A DNA stretch of 64,000 nucleotides, taken from assembly GCA_902764415.1 (NCBI GenBank), contig CACWVU010000009.1:3438-67437 (forward strand), read 5' to 3'. The notes below the pieces were generated by a model. The model had not been told where the DNA came from. It did not search any database and worked only from the letters and a program-made list of their open reading frames with translations. Positions 26,870 to 36,367 of this stretch are shown piece by piece. Numbering within the stretch: position 1 is the first letter of the stretch; each line of letters starts with the position of its first letter. Origin of the DNA: an uncultured bacterium (GTDB lineage: Bacteria; Verrucomicrobiota; Kiritimatiellia; RFP12; UBA1067). Both the position numbers and the translations under genes were made by a program.

Positions 26870-28762
26870 ATGGAGTATCTGGTCCAGTTCTTCGCCTGGC
26901 TGATGGAATGGTGCCATTCCTGGTGTCCGAACTACTGGGCGGACATCGTGATCTTCACCTTCCTCACCAAGATCCTCCAGTTCCCGGTTTCGCTGTGGTG
27001 CCAGGTGAACAGCCTGAAGATGGTGTCGCTGATGCCGGTCTCCAACCGGATAAAGATGGAGCACTACGGCGACGGCGACGCCATCGGCGAGGAGACGGCG
27101 GCGCTTTTCAGGCGGGAGAAGTACCACCCGATGCTTTCGCTCGTGCCGCTGGCGATCCAGATCGTCATCCTGATGGCGTTCGTCAAGGTGATCTACGGCA
27201 TCGGCGACAGGCTCACGGTGCCCGGAGCCGCCAAGCCGCTGATCGCCTGCGTGCCCTGGACGGACGGCGGGCTTGCCTGGCTAATGCCGCTCTTTGCCGG
27301 GGCGGCGGCGTGGCTGCTGGGATACACCCAGAACATATTCAACCCCCTGCAGCACGAGCAGACCAGAACCCAGCAGATGGTCACCAACGGCATATCCATC
27401 TGCATCTCCCTGTTCCTCGGCTGCTTCGTCGCGGCCGGCGTGGGGCTGTACTGGGCGACCAGCAACCTGTTCTCGATCCTGGTGCAGCTCTGCGAAAACC
27501 TCGTCATCCCCCCGAAAAAGCACGTGGACTACCATGCCCTCCGGCGTTCGCAGGCCGAGCTGAGGAAATTCGAGGAGGGGCTTAAGAAGCGGTCCGTGGC
27601 GTCGCCGGAGGACCGGAAGCGCGAGAAGGCGGACTACAAGCGCTTTTTCAACGTGGTCAACAAGCATCTCGTGTTCTATGCCGAGGGCGGCGGATACTAC
27701 CGGTATTTCCGGAGCGTGATCGAGTGGCTGCTGGCCCACTCGAACGTGACCATACACTACGTGACCAACGATCCCCGGGACGCCGTCTTCGACATGGCGG
27801 CCGCGAATCCGCACATCCGCGCCTACTACATCGGGCAGATGAAGATCATCCCGCTCATGATGCGGATGGACGCCGACATGGTGGTGATGACGACGCCGGA
27901 CCTGAACACCTACCAGATAAAGCGCTCGTACGTCCGCAAGGACATCGAGTACGTCTACCTCGACCACGGCCCGACGAGCGTCCACATGTGCTACCGCAAG
28001 GGCGCCTTCGACCATTTCGACACCATCATGGCGAACGGGCCTTTCCAGGTCGCCGAGCACCGCGCCACGGAGAAGCTCTACGGGCTCAAGGCGAAGAAGA
28101 TGGTGGAGTCCGGCTATCCGATGCTGGACACGCTGCTGGCCGAGCCGGCGGCGAAGCGGGCGTCCGGCGGCCGGCGCATTATGATCGCGCCGTCGTACCA
28201 GAAGGACTGCATACCGGATTCGTGCCTGCACGAGCTTGTCGACGCGGTGACCGCGGCCAATCCCGGCTGCACGGTGGTGTTCCGTCCGCATCCGCAGTAC
28301 GTGCGCCGCTTCCCCGCGAAGATGCAGGCGATAGTGGAGCGGTATGCGGGACGGCAGGACGTCGTCATGGAGACGGACTTCTCGAAGCCGTCGACGATGG
28401 ATCAGTCGGACGTGCTCATCACCGACTGGTCGGGCATCGCCTACGAGTACGCCTTCAGGACGAAGCGCCCCGTCGTCTTCGTCGACACGCCGATGAAGGT
28501 GATCAATCCCGACTGGGAGCGGCTGGGGATCGTGCCGACGGACATCTCCTTCCGCAACGAAGTCGGCGTGTCGGTGCCGCTTGCCGACATCCCCGCCGCC
28601 GGCAGGGCCGTCGCGGACATGCTCGCGCACCCGGACCGGTTCGCCGCCAGGATCGAAAACCTGCTCCGGACGCAGTTCTTCAATCCCGGCCACGCGGGCG
28701 AGGTGGCGGGTAGATACATTCTCGAATCGTTGATCAACCGCAGGAAAGGAACAAGGAAATGA
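26870..28762 (+). CDS. Fusion: YidC/Oxa1-like membrane domain + TagB/TagF-like (CDP-glycerol glycerophosphotransferase family) domain
   Basis: N-terminal: ADIVIFTFLTKILQFPVSLWCQVNSLKM...YHPMLSLVPLAIQIVILMAF...AAGVGLYWATSNLFSILVQ (YidC signatures). C-terminal: IMIAPSYQ, FRPHPQ, SDVLITDWSGIAYEYAFRTKRPVVFVD (Glyphos_transf signatures). Confidence 0.7.
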   Translation: MEYLVQFFAWLMEWCHSWCPNYWADIVIFTFLTKILQFPVSLWCQVNSLKMVSLMPVSNRIKMEHYGDGDAIGEETAALFRREKYHPMLSLVPLAIQIVILMAFVKVIYGIGDRLTVPGAAKPLIACVPWTDGGLAWLMPLFAGAAAWLLGYTQNIFNPLQHEQTRTQQMVTNGISICISLFLGCFVAAGVGLYWATSNLFSILVQLCENLVIPPKKHVDYHALRRSQAELRKFEEGLKKRSVASPEDRKREKADYKRFFNVVNKHLVFYAEGGGYYRYFRSVIEWLLAHSNVTIHYVTNDPRDAVFDMAAANPHIRAYYIGQMKIIPLMMRMDADMVVMTTPDLNTYQIKRSYVRKDIEYVYLDHGPTSVHMCYRKGAFDHFDTIMANGPFQVAEHRATEKLYGLKAKKMVESGYPMLDTLLAEPAAKRASGGRRIMIAPSYQKDCIPDSCLHELVDAVTAANPGCTVVFRPHPQYVRRFPAKMQAIVERYAGRQDVVMETDFSKPSTMDQSDVLITDWSGIAYEYAFRTKRPVVFVDTPMKVINPDWERLGIVPTDISFRNEVGVSVPLADIPAAGRAVADMLAHPDRFAARIENLLRTQFFNPGHAGEVAGRYILESLINRRKGTRK

Positions 28763-28950
28763 TGTTCGCGTACATCGACCCATCCGTCATGTCCTACACC
28801 GTGCAGGCGATCGCCGGAGTGGCGATTGCGCTCGGCGTTGTGTTCGGCGTCGTCTGGCGCCGGATCAAGAAGGGGACCAACAAGGTGCTTCGCCGCGACG
28901 AAAACGCCGGCAAGGAAGTCGAGGAAGAGATAAAGATGACGAACACCTGA
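28759..28950 (+). CDS. Small single-pass membrane protein
   Basis: 63 aa with a TM helix (VQAIAGVAIALGVVFGVVW) and a charged tail. Start overlaps the upstream stop (ATGA). Confidence 0.45.
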   Translation: MMFAYIDPSVMSYTVQAIAGVAIALGVVFGVVWRRIKKGTNKVLRRDENAGKEVEEEIKMTNT

Positions 28951-28957
28951 GGCAGCC

Positions 28958-30592
28958 ATGACCATCAAGCCCCTTATCCCCTCTGTCGCCGTCGCGGCAG
29001 CCGTCGCGGCGGTCGTGACGGTCATCCTGCCGCTGCAGTCCTTTCTCGGCAACGAGTCGTTGTATCCGTTCGGCATCGGCCGGCTCTCCGTCGAGCTCGG
29101 AGTGGCCTTCGCGGCGGCGACGGCGGTCTTCGCCGCGCTTTTCGCGGTCGTCGGCCGTCGCGGACGCGGCGTGGCGCAGTGGCTCGCCGTCGCGGCGGCC
29201 GCCTGCGCGTACCTGGAGGCCGGTCCGCTGTCGGCCGGGCTGCCGGAGATCAACGGCGCGTTCGCGCCGGAGCTGGCCGTCGCGTCGCGCGGCGTCTGGG
29301 ACTGCTGCGCCTGGGCGGTGCTCCTGGCCGGCGGGCTGGCGGCGGCGCGGTGGCTGCCGGGCCGCGCGCACATCGCGGCGGCGGCGCTCGCGGCGCTTGC
29401 GCTCGCCTCCCTGTTCGACGTCAAACGCGACGGCGGCGCCTCGCCGGCCGCCTCGCTGGGCGGCGGACTTTCGCGCGGCTTCGAGTGGCAGCTGGACGTG
29501 GTGGAGAACTTCCGGCTTTCGCGCGAGCGCAACGTGCTCGTGTTCATCCAGGACTCGATGCCGGGCAGCGTCTCGACCGACATCGTGAAATCCTCGCCCG
29601 ACCTCGCCGCGAAGTTCCCAGGGTTCGTGGCGTTCACGAACAACGTCGGGATGCACGACTGCACCAAGCGCGGACTGCCGGGGCTCATGACGGGCAGGTA
29701 CTTCGATCCGCTCTCCTCCTCGAAGGCGGAGTATCCGATGTCGATATACGGCGCGGATTCGTTCCTCATGCCTTACGTGGAGTCCGGGGCGGAGGTGTCG
29801 TTCGCGCCGGACTTCCTTCCCTACGGCTACACCAACGCGAAGGTGGAGAAGCGCGCGAAGGTCACGGGGCACCAGAAGCACGGATGGGCCGCGCTGCTCA
29901 GGCGCTCGAAGGAGGTGCCGTACCTGAGCCTCTTCGACGTCACTGTGTTCAGGATCGCGCCGTACCTGGCGAAGGCCCCGTTCCTCTACGCGAAGATCCG
30001 GCACGACCCGATGTTCGGACAGGACGAGTCGAACTTCTGGTACGAGCACGCGATGTATCCGCGCCTTGCCGCCGCCGGGTTCACGTCGGCGAAGACCGTG
30101 CTTGGGGTGTTCCACACCCGCGGCGCCCACCCGCCGCTCGTCTTCGACCGCGACGGACGCCGTCTCGGCACGGTCGGCTGGGGCAGCAAGTCGCTTCCTG
30201 ACCTGGTGCGGAATCCGCTTTACAACCTTGCCCGGCTGATGGACGCCCTGCGCGAGAAGGGCGTGTACGACAAGTCCCTCGTCGTCGTCGTCGCGGACCA
30301 CGGCGTAGGCATTGCGCCGCACACCCCTCCCCACCATCCGTCCGAGTCGGCGATACTGTGGGTGAAGCCCGAGGGCGCGTCCGGTCCGCTCGCGTACTGC
30401 GGCACACCGACCGGGTACTCCAGAATCGCCGCGTTCATGAGGTCCGCGGCGGCTGGCAGCCCGAGCGCCGCGGACGCCGAGGCGGCGCTTCGCGAGGAGG
30501 ACCGGCTCTTCAGATACCAGGACGCCGACGACCGCTACCACGACATCGTGGTCAGCCCGGACGGCGGCATCGTCTATACGAGGGATTATTGA
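28958..30592 (+). CDS. Membrane-anchored alkaline-phosphatase-superfamily transferase (LtaS/EptA/sulfatase-like)
   Basis: About 5 N-terminal TM helices, then NVLVFIQDSMPG...HDCTKRGLPGLMTG...LVVVVADHGV, typical of the sulfatase/phosphoethanolamine-transferase fold. Confidence 0.65.
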   Translation: MTIKPLIPSVAVAAAVAAVVTVILPLQSFLGNESLYPFGIGRLSVELGVAFAAATAVFAALFAVVGRRGRGVAQWLAVAAAACAYLEAGPLSAGLPEINGAFAPELAVASRGVWDCCAWAVLLAGGLAAARWLPGRAHIAAAALAALALASLFDVKRDGGASPAASLGGGLSRGFEWQLDVVENFRLSRERNVLVFIQDSMPGSVSTDIVKSSPDLAAKFPGFVAFTNNVGMHDCTKRGLPGLMTGRYFDPLSSSKAEYPMSIYGADSFLMPYVESGAEVSFAPDFLPYGYTNAKVEKRAKVTGHQKHGWAALLRRSKEVPYLSLFDVTVFRIAPYLAKAPFLYAKIRHDPMFGQDESNFWYEHAMYPRLAAAGFTSAKTVLGVFHTRGAHPPLVFDRDGRRLGTVGWGSKSLPDLVRNPLYNLARLMDALREKGVYDKSLVVVVADHGVGIAPHTPPHHPSESAILWVKPEGASGPLAYCGTPTGYSRIAAFMRSAAAGSPSAADAEAALREEDRLFRYQDADDRYHDIVVSPDGGIVYTRDY

Positions 30593-30740
30593 TGCAAGGG
30601 CTCATGGGCGCGTACGGCAATATGCCGTCGGCGACGATGACCCAGCCCACCGGATTCGTGTCAGGAATGTGCAAGAGCACATGAAATTCATGTCAAAAAT
30701 CATTGCAATCGGCAATGACTTGATTTTCGGAGGAGATATT

Positions 30741-30749
30741 TGATATACT
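30741..30749 (+). promoter_or_regulatory. Extended -10 promoter TGATATACT(ACGC) for rpsT
   Basis: tttGATATACTacgcgcc; 36-nt leader. Confidence 0.45.
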
Positions 30750-30785
30750 ACGCGCCGAACATTCCCAAAAAAGGACAAATAGAAA

Positions 30786-31073
30786 ATGGCTAACATCAAG
30801 GGCGGCCGCGCCGCCAGGAAACGCGATCGCCAGAACGAGAAGGCCCGCAAGCGCAACTCCGTCTGCAAGGCCAAGCTCCACGACGCGCACAAGAAGCTGT
30901 TCAAGGCCGCCGACGCGAGCGACCGCGCAACGGCCGAGAAGAAGTTCAAGGAGTTCGTCTCCGGTCTCGACAAGGCGGTCAAGAAGGGCATCATCGCCAA
31001 GAACACCGCCGACCGCAAGAAGTCCCGCGCCCAGCTGAAACTCAACAAGATGGCTAAGGCCGAGGCGAAGTAA
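30786..31073 (+). CDS. rpsT: 30S ribosomal protein S20
   Basis: [24 protein letters not shown]... Basic 95-aa protein with the S20 N-terminal signature. Confidence 0.88.
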   Translation: MANIKGGRAARKRDRQNEKARKRNSVCKAKLHDAHKKLFKAADASDRATAEKKFKEFVSGLDKAVKKGIIAKNTADRKKSRAQLKLNKMAKAEAK

Positions 31074-31102
31074 ACTACGGAGAGAACGGGAATGTGATGT
31101 TG

Positions 31103-31146
31103 AAGGACATCGGAATGCAGTCCATTCTGGTGTCCTTTTCGCTTTT
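31103..31146 (+). terminator. Putative intrinsic terminator after rpsT
   Basis: Stem aaggaca (31103-09) / tgtcctt (31131-37) with a nested loop hairpin, followed by ttcgctttt. Confidence 0.45.
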
Positions 31147-31179
31147 ACCGAAGCAAAGAAAAGAAAGGAAGGAAAGAAA

Positions 31180-32496
31180 ATGGACAAGATGACACTCCGC
31201 GACGTGGACCTCAAGGGCAAGCGCGTCGTGATGCGCGTGGACTTCAACGTGCCGATGGCCAAGGACGGCTCCGGCAAGATCACCGACGACACCCGCATCG
31301 TGGCGGCGCTGCCGTCGATCAAGTACGTCCTGGAGCAGGGCGGCTCGCTCGTCCTCATGAGCCACCTCGGCCGCCCGAAGGGCGTGAAGCTCGGCGCCGC
31401 GCCGAACCCCGACAACGCGGCGTTCACCCTGAAGCCGGTCGCCGAGGCGCTCTCGGCGAAGCTCGGGATCGAGGTGAAGTTCGTCCCTGACTGCATGGCG
31501 GCCGACGACGTCGTCAAGGCGCTCAAGCCCGGCGAGGTCGCGCTCCTCGAGAACACCCGCTTCTACAAGGCCGAGGACGGCAAGGTTAAGAAGGACGACG
31601 ACAAGAAGGGCATCCACCTGAGCGACGAGGAGTTCGCCGCGAAGAAGGCGGAGCTCAAGGCGCAGCGCGTCGAGATGTCGAAGAAGCTCGCCTCCTACGG
31701 CGACATCTACTGCAACGACGCGTTCGGCACCGCCCACCGCGCCCACGCCTCCACCGCCGTCATCGCCGACTACATCCAGCCCGCGGTCAGCGGCTTCCTG
31801 CTCGAGAAGGAGATCCAGTTCCTCGGCGACGCGGTCGAGAAACCGGTCCGCCCGTTCGTGGCGATCCTCGGCGGCGCGAAGGTGTCTGACAAGCTCGCGG
31901 TCGTCAAGGCGCTCCTCGACAAGGTCGACACGCTCATCATCGGCGGCGGCATGGCCTACACCTTCAAGAAGGCCCAGGGCATCAAGATCGGCAACTCGCT
32001 CTGCGAGGACGACCAGGTCGCCTACTGCAAGGAGATGCTCGCGGCGGCCGCGGCGAAGGGAATCAAGATCCTCCTCCCGGTCGACAACGTGATCGCGAAC
32101 AAGTTCCCGGAGACCAAGGACGCCTCCGACATCGAGATGAAGACGGTCGAGGGCGACATCCCCGACGGCTGGATGGGCCTCGACATCGGGCCTAAGTCGG
32201 TCGCGCTCTTCGCCGATGCGCTCAGGGACGCGAAGACGGTGGTCTGGAACGGCCCGATGGGCTGCTTCGAGTTCGCGCCGCTCTCCAAGGGCACCTACGG
32301 CGTGTGCGACGCGGTCGCGACGGTGAAGGCGAACGGCGGCGTCTCCATCATCGGCGGCGGCGACTCGGTGAGCGCCGTCAAGAAGTCCGGCAAGGCGGCC
32401 GAGATGAGCCATGTCTCCACCGGCGGCGGCGCGTCGCTCGAGTTCCTCGAGGGCAAGACGCTCCCCGGCGTCGCGGCCCTCACCGCGAAGAAGTAA
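31180..32496 (+). CDS. pgk: Phosphoglycerate kinase (long form)
   Basis: [13 protein letters not shown]; SHLGRPKG; [15 protein letters not shown]; GGGDS; [13 protein letters not shown]. Preceded by a ~30-nt polypurine RBS region. Confidence 0.97.
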   Translation: MDKMTLRDVDLKGKRVVMRVDFNVPMAKDGSGKITDDTRIVAALPSIKYVLEQGGSLVLMSHLGRPKGVKLGAAPNPDNAAFTLKPVAEALSAKLGIEVKFVPDCMAADDVVKALKPGEVALLENTRFYKAEDGKVKKDDDKKGIHLSDEEFAAKKAELKAQRVEMSKKLASYGDIYCNDAFGTAHRAHASTAVIADYIQPAVSGFLLEKEIQFLGDAVEKPVRPFVAILGGAKVSDKLAVVKALLDKVDTLIIGGGMAYTFKKAQGIKIGNSLCEDDQVAYCKEMLAAAAAKGIKILLPVDNVIANKFPETKDASDIEMKTVEGDIPDGWMGLDIGPKSVALFADALRDAKTVVWNGPMGCFEFAPLSKGTYGVCDAVATVKANGGVSIIGGGDSVSAVKKSGKAAEMSHVSTGGGASLEFLEGKTLPGVAALTAKK

Positions 32497-32525
32497 GATT
32501 CTCGGCCGAGGCGGCTTAAGCCCAG

Positions 32526-32568
32526 GTGCGCTACGCGAAGATCTGCTCCGCGTAGCGCACTTGATTTT
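32526..32568 (+). terminator. Intrinsic terminator after pgk
   Basis: Perfect 12-bp stem gtgcgctacgcg / cgcgtagcgcac, 11-nt loop, then ttgatttt. Confidence 0.75.
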
Positions 32569-32576
32569 GGTATAAT
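32568..32576 (+). promoter_or_regulatory. Extended -10 promoter TGGTATAAT(ACGC) for the regulator gene
   Basis: gattttGGTATAATacgc; about 65-nt leader to GTG 32643. Confidence 0.5.
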
Positions 32577-32642
32577 ACGCGCATGTGAGGCTCATATACA
32601 GAAGGGCCTGCCCCTCTTGTCCCCCTCAACCGACCTCAACCA

Positions 32643-33728
32643 GTGAAGACCCCGAATAATGCCAGCGGCGCCAAGTACCGCAAAATCGTCGACAGGCTGC
32701 GGAGCGAGATCCTCGCCGGCAAGTATCCGCCCGGAGATGCGTTTCCGTCCCTGAAGATGCTCTGCCGCAGGTTCGGGGTGTCGTATCTCACCGCGGTCAA
32801 GGCGCTGGAGGCGCTCAAGGAGCTGGGGCTCGTCAAGTCGCAGAACGGCGTCGGGACGTTCGTTGCGCGCCGGGTGGCGACCATCGGCCTCATAGTGCCG
32901 ATGCTGAAGCAGGCCGAGATCTACCCGCCCATCTGCCAGGAGTTCTCGCGCCTCTGCCTCGAAAAAGGCGTCGCCATCGACTTCGCCGACATCTCGTCGC
33001 TCCGCTCCGACCGGGTGCGCCCAGTCGTCGTCGCGGCCGCGAGGCGCATGGCCGCGGGCGGCGTGTCCGGCGTCGTGTTCCATCCGGTGAACTTCGGCGG
33101 CGACGCGGCGAAGACGAACCGCGAGGTGCTGCGCATCCTCGGCGACGCCGGCGTCCCGGTCGTCATCCTCGACGCGGACGTAGAGCCGGCGCCCGGCGAC
33201 GGCCGCTTCGACTTCGTGGGTGTCGACAACTTCGAGATCGGCAAGTTCGTCGGCCGCCACGTCATCGAGCGCGGTGCGCGGACGGTGGCGTTCGTCGCCT
33301 GGTCGGACATGAACGACAATTCGCGCCGGCGGCTGGACGGGCTTAGGGCGGCGATCTCCGAGAAGCGCGGCGTCAGGTTCGCCGGCAGCAGCATGTACAC
33401 CCAGGACGGCGCGAAGCTGGCGGACAAGTGGGCGCGCAGACTGCCCGACGCGGTAGTCTGCACGAGCGACCTTGTGGCGGCGAACGTGCTGAAGCTGCTC
33501 AGGCGGATCGGGAAGCGGTGCCCGCAGGACGTCCTCGTGACCGGCGTTGACGACGTCGCCCTCGCGACGCTCGTCTCGCCGACGATCACCACAGTCCGCC
33601 AGCCTTGTGCGGAAATCGCCGCCACGGCCTTCGAGACGCTGTTCTGGCGCTTCGACAACCCGGACAAGGAGAAGCGCCGCATCATGGTCGCCGCCGAACT
33701 CGTCGTCCGCGAGTCTACCGCCCGCTGA
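32643..33728 (+). CDS. Transcriptional regulator, GntR-type wHTH + LacI/PBP-type sugar-binding domain (AraR-like architecture)
   Basis: YRKIVDRLRSEILAGKYPPGDAFPSLKMLCRRFGVSYLTAVKALEALKELGLVKSQNGVGTFV, then a periplasmic-binding-protein-like core (..VTGVDDVALATLVSPTITTVRQP). Confidence 0.8.
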   Translation: MKTPNNASGAKYRKIVDRLRSEILAGKYPPGDAFPSLKMLCRRFGVSYLTAVKALEALKELGLVKSQNGVGTFVARRVATIGLIVPMLKQAEIYPPICQEFSRLCLEKGVAIDFADISSLRSDRVRPVVVAAARRMAAGGVSGVVFHPVNFGGDAAKTNREVLRILGDAGVPVVILDADVEPAPGDGRFDFVGVDNFEIGKFVGRHVIERGARTVAFVAWSDMNDNSRRRLDGLRAAISEKRGVRFAGSSMYTQDGAKLADKWARRLPDAVVCTSDLVAANVLKLLRRIGKRCPQDVLVTGVDDVALATLVSPTITTVRQPCAEIAATAFETLFWRFDNPDKEKRRIMVAAELVVRESTAR

Positions 33729-33778
33729 CCGCGGAGCAGAAACCGCTATATATAGGTAGCCCACGCGCGGCGGGAATA

Positions 33779-33787
33779 TAGTATAAT
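33779..33787 (+). promoter_or_regulatory. -10 promoter TAGTATAAT, leaderless layout (7 nt to ATG 33795)
   Basis: ggaataTAGTATAATtcacgacATG. Confidence 0.45.
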
Positions 33788-33794
33788 TCACGAC

Positions 33795-36362
33795 ATGAAG
33801 AACTACCTTATGCTGTTCGCGGCGGCTGCGGTCGCCGTTGGCGCGCTTGGCGCGTCCGCAGAAATCAACCCCGTCATGCCGTTTCTCGCGGTGACGGGAC
33901 GTCCCACCGACGCCGAACTCGGGCGCAAGGTCGCCGCGCTCAAGGCCGACGGCTTCGACCAGTTCCTCATCTACGCGAGGAGCGGCCTCCAGTACAAGTA
34001 CATGGGCGAGGAGTGGCTCCACGCCGTCGAGACGCTCTGCCGCGAGGCCGAGGCGAACGGCATGAAGGTGTGGCTCTACGACGAGTACAACTGGCCGAGC
34101 GGCACCTGCAAGGGACGCGTCCCCGCCGCCGACGAGCGCTTCCGCTACAGCGAGTGGGCGGTCTATCCGAAGAAGGAGGGCGGCTTCAGCTGGGAAGTGA
34201 CCATGGCGCCGCAAGGATGGGTGAACGTCTGCGAGCCGGAGGCGATCCGCCTCTTCATCAAGATGACGCACGAGGTCTACGAGCAGCGCCTCGCGAAGTA
34301 CTTCGCCTCGAAGACCATCCTCGGCATCTTCACCGACGAGCCCGGCCACCACACCGACGTCGTCCTGAAGCCCAACTGCCGCATCCACTTCCGCCGCTGG
34401 ATCGGCATGGAGGACGAATACCGCGCCGAGACCGGGCGCGACTTCCGCGCCGACGTCGAGCGCTTTCTCGCGGACAGCACCGCCGTCGAGGTGTGGCCGG
34501 TCTACACGAAGCTGATGGGGCGGCGCTTCCGCACCGGCTACTTCGACCAGATCCGCGCCTGGTGCGACAAGGTGGGCATTCTCTCCACCGGCCACATGAT
34601 CAGCGAGAACGGACCCTGGGGCGCGTGCCTCTGCAACGGCGATCCGCTGCTGGCGCTCAAGGGCGAGTCGCTGCCGGGCATCGACGAGATCTTTTCGTGG
34701 GCAAGCCTCGGCAAGGGCTACGATGTGCGGAAGTCAGAGCCGGAGTGGCTGACCTTCGCGACGGCGCAGCACGCGACCTCGCGCAACCGGAACGGCGGCC
34801 TCATCGAGCTCTACGGCTGCGGCCCGAACGACATGACGCCGGCGCGGATGCGCCAGATGGTGTGGCTGGCGGCGCTCCACGGCATCGACCACTACCTGAC
34901 GGCCCTGCAGGTCATGGACCAGCGCGGGCTCGTCGAGAAGCACGGCTACCTTTCGCCGCTCATGGAAGGCCAGCCCTGGCACGGGGAGATGGCGGACTTC
35001 TTCGCCGACGCAAAGCGCGCGGCGCGGCTTGGCCGCCGCCAGGACACGGTGTACCAGGTGGCGGTGCGCTATCCGCGCCGCGAAGGCTCGATCGCGTGCA
35101 TGGCGCGGTGGAAATGCCCGCGGGTCGAGTGGCTGCTGCGCGAACTTGACGGCCGGCAGATTTCGGTCGACTTGCTTTCGGACGAGGAGACGTCCGACCT
35201 GCCGATTGTCTTCGAGGCGAAGGATGCCAACTGCTTTGTCGACGCGAAGAGCGGCACTGTCTTCACCAACATGACCGAGGCCGGGCGCTGGGCATGGGAG
35301 CGCACATCGCGGCGCGTCCGCTTCCTGGAGCAGGACGGAACGCCGGCCGATGGACTCATCGTCCGCGAATGGGCGGACGGCACCATCGCCGCGCTCGACA
35401 TGATGTGCAACGGGCCGCGTCAGCTCGTCGCCGTGTCGGGAGACGTCCGCCGTCCCTGCGTAATCCAGTCGCGCGACGTGCTGGTGCTCGGTCCGGGCGA
35501 AATGCCGCCGCCGCCGTCCGCGCCGGCAACGCCGCTCAAGCTCGGGCGCCTCGACTACAAGCTTGACCGCGACTCCGTCTTCCGCATGCCGTTCGCGGAG
35601 AGCGGCGAGGCGCGCTTCACGGTCGCGGAGGGCGTCGGCGGCGTGCGGCTCGTGTTGCGGACATGCGCGATGTCGTATGCTGTGACGGCCTCGGGGCGCC
35701 CGGTGGACGACGGCGAGGGCGAACCGCCGAACGAGCAGGTTCTCAGGCACACGGCGGTTCCCTACCGCTTCGAGCTGGACGGCAAGCCGATTGCCGCGGA
35801 GCGTCCCTGCACTTCGCTGCCGGTCGAGTTCCAGCCGCTTTACGCCGAGACGGCGCCGCTGGAGCTGAAGCCGGGCGAGCACGTGCTGCGGCTTGTCGCG
35901 GGCGAGCCGGACGTCAACTACTTCCTGCCGGCGGCGTTCGCGGCAGGTGCGTTCGCGAGCAAGGGCGGCGTCCTTCAGCCGCTGCCGGCGACGCTCGCGC
36001 CGGGCGCCGTTGCCGAGCAGGGCCTCGCTGGATTCTGCGGCGCGGTCACCTACACGCTCGACGGCGTGGAGATCCCTGAGGGCACGGCGGCGCTGGTGCT
36101 TGACGTCGGCAATGCCTTCGCGCACGTGCGCTGGAACGGTGCCGACCTTGGCACGCGCGCGTGGGGGGAGTATACCTGGCAGCTGCCTGCCGGCGCGGCG
36201 GCGCGCGGTCGCCTCGAAGTGACGGTCTACACGAATGTCCTGAACATCTTCGGCGACCATGAGCGAGCGGGCGCGAAGTGGGACGTGAAGTTCTGGAATC
36301 CCCAGCACGACGCCGATTCCACCCCCGGCCTCTTTTCCGTCGGCTTTATCAACAAGGAGTGA
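33795..36362 (+). CDS. Secreted protein, probable glycoside hydrolase of unassigned family
   Basis: Signal peptide MKNYLMLFAAAAVAVGALGASAE. N-terminal TIM-barrel-like segment (..FDQFLIYARSGLQYKYMGEEW..GMKVWLYDEYNWPSG). The context (sugar-type regulator upstream) suggests a carbohydrate-active enzyme, but I cannot assign a family by eye. Confidence 0.55.
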   Translation: MKNYLMLFAAAAVAVGALGASAEINPVMPFLAVTGRPTDAELGRKVAALKADGFDQFLIYARSGLQYKYMGEEWLHAVETLCREAEANGMKVWLYDEYNWPSGTCKGRVPAADERFRYSEWAVYPKKEGGFSWEVTMAPQGWVNVCEPEAIRLFIKMTHEVYEQRLAKYFASKTILGIFTDEPGHHTDVVLKPNCRIHFRRWIGMEDEYRAETGRDFRADVERFLADSTAVEVWPVYTKLMGRRFRTGYFDQIRAWCDKVGILSTGHMISENGPWGACLCNGDPLLALKGESLPGIDEIFSWASLGKGYDVRKSEPEWLTFATAQHATSRNRNGGLIELYGCGPNDMTPARMRQMVWLAALHGIDHYLTALQVMDQRGLVEKHGYLSPLMEGQPWHGEMADFFADAKRAARLGRRQDTVYQVAVRYPRREGSIACMARWKCPRVEWLLRELDGRQISVDLLSDEETSDLPIVFEAKDANCFVDAKSGTVFTNMTEAGRWAWERTSRRVRFLEQDGTPADGLIVREWADGTIAALDMMCNGPRQLVAVSGDVRRPCVIQSRDVLVLGPGEMPPPPSAPATPLKLGRLDYKLDRDSVFRMPFAESGEARFTVAEGVGGVRLVLRTCAMSYAVTASGRPVDDGEGEPPNEQVLRHTAVPYRFELDGKPIAAERPCTSLPVEFQPLYAETAPLELKPGEHVLRLVAGEPDVNYFLPAAFAAGAFASKGGVLQPLPATLAPGAVAEQGLAGFCGAVTYTLDGVEIPEGTAALVLDVGNAFAHVRWNGADLGTRAWGEYTWQLPAGAAARGRLEVTVYTNVLNIFGDHERAGAKWDVKFWNPQHDADSTPGLFSVGFINKE

Positions 36363-36367
36363 CAACA

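Noticed and set aside
30593-30740. Short ORFs and the 30602..31556 minus-strand ORFs around rpsT.
   Set aside because: They are antisense to a clear S20 gene and its promoter. The translations are low-complexity with no motifs.
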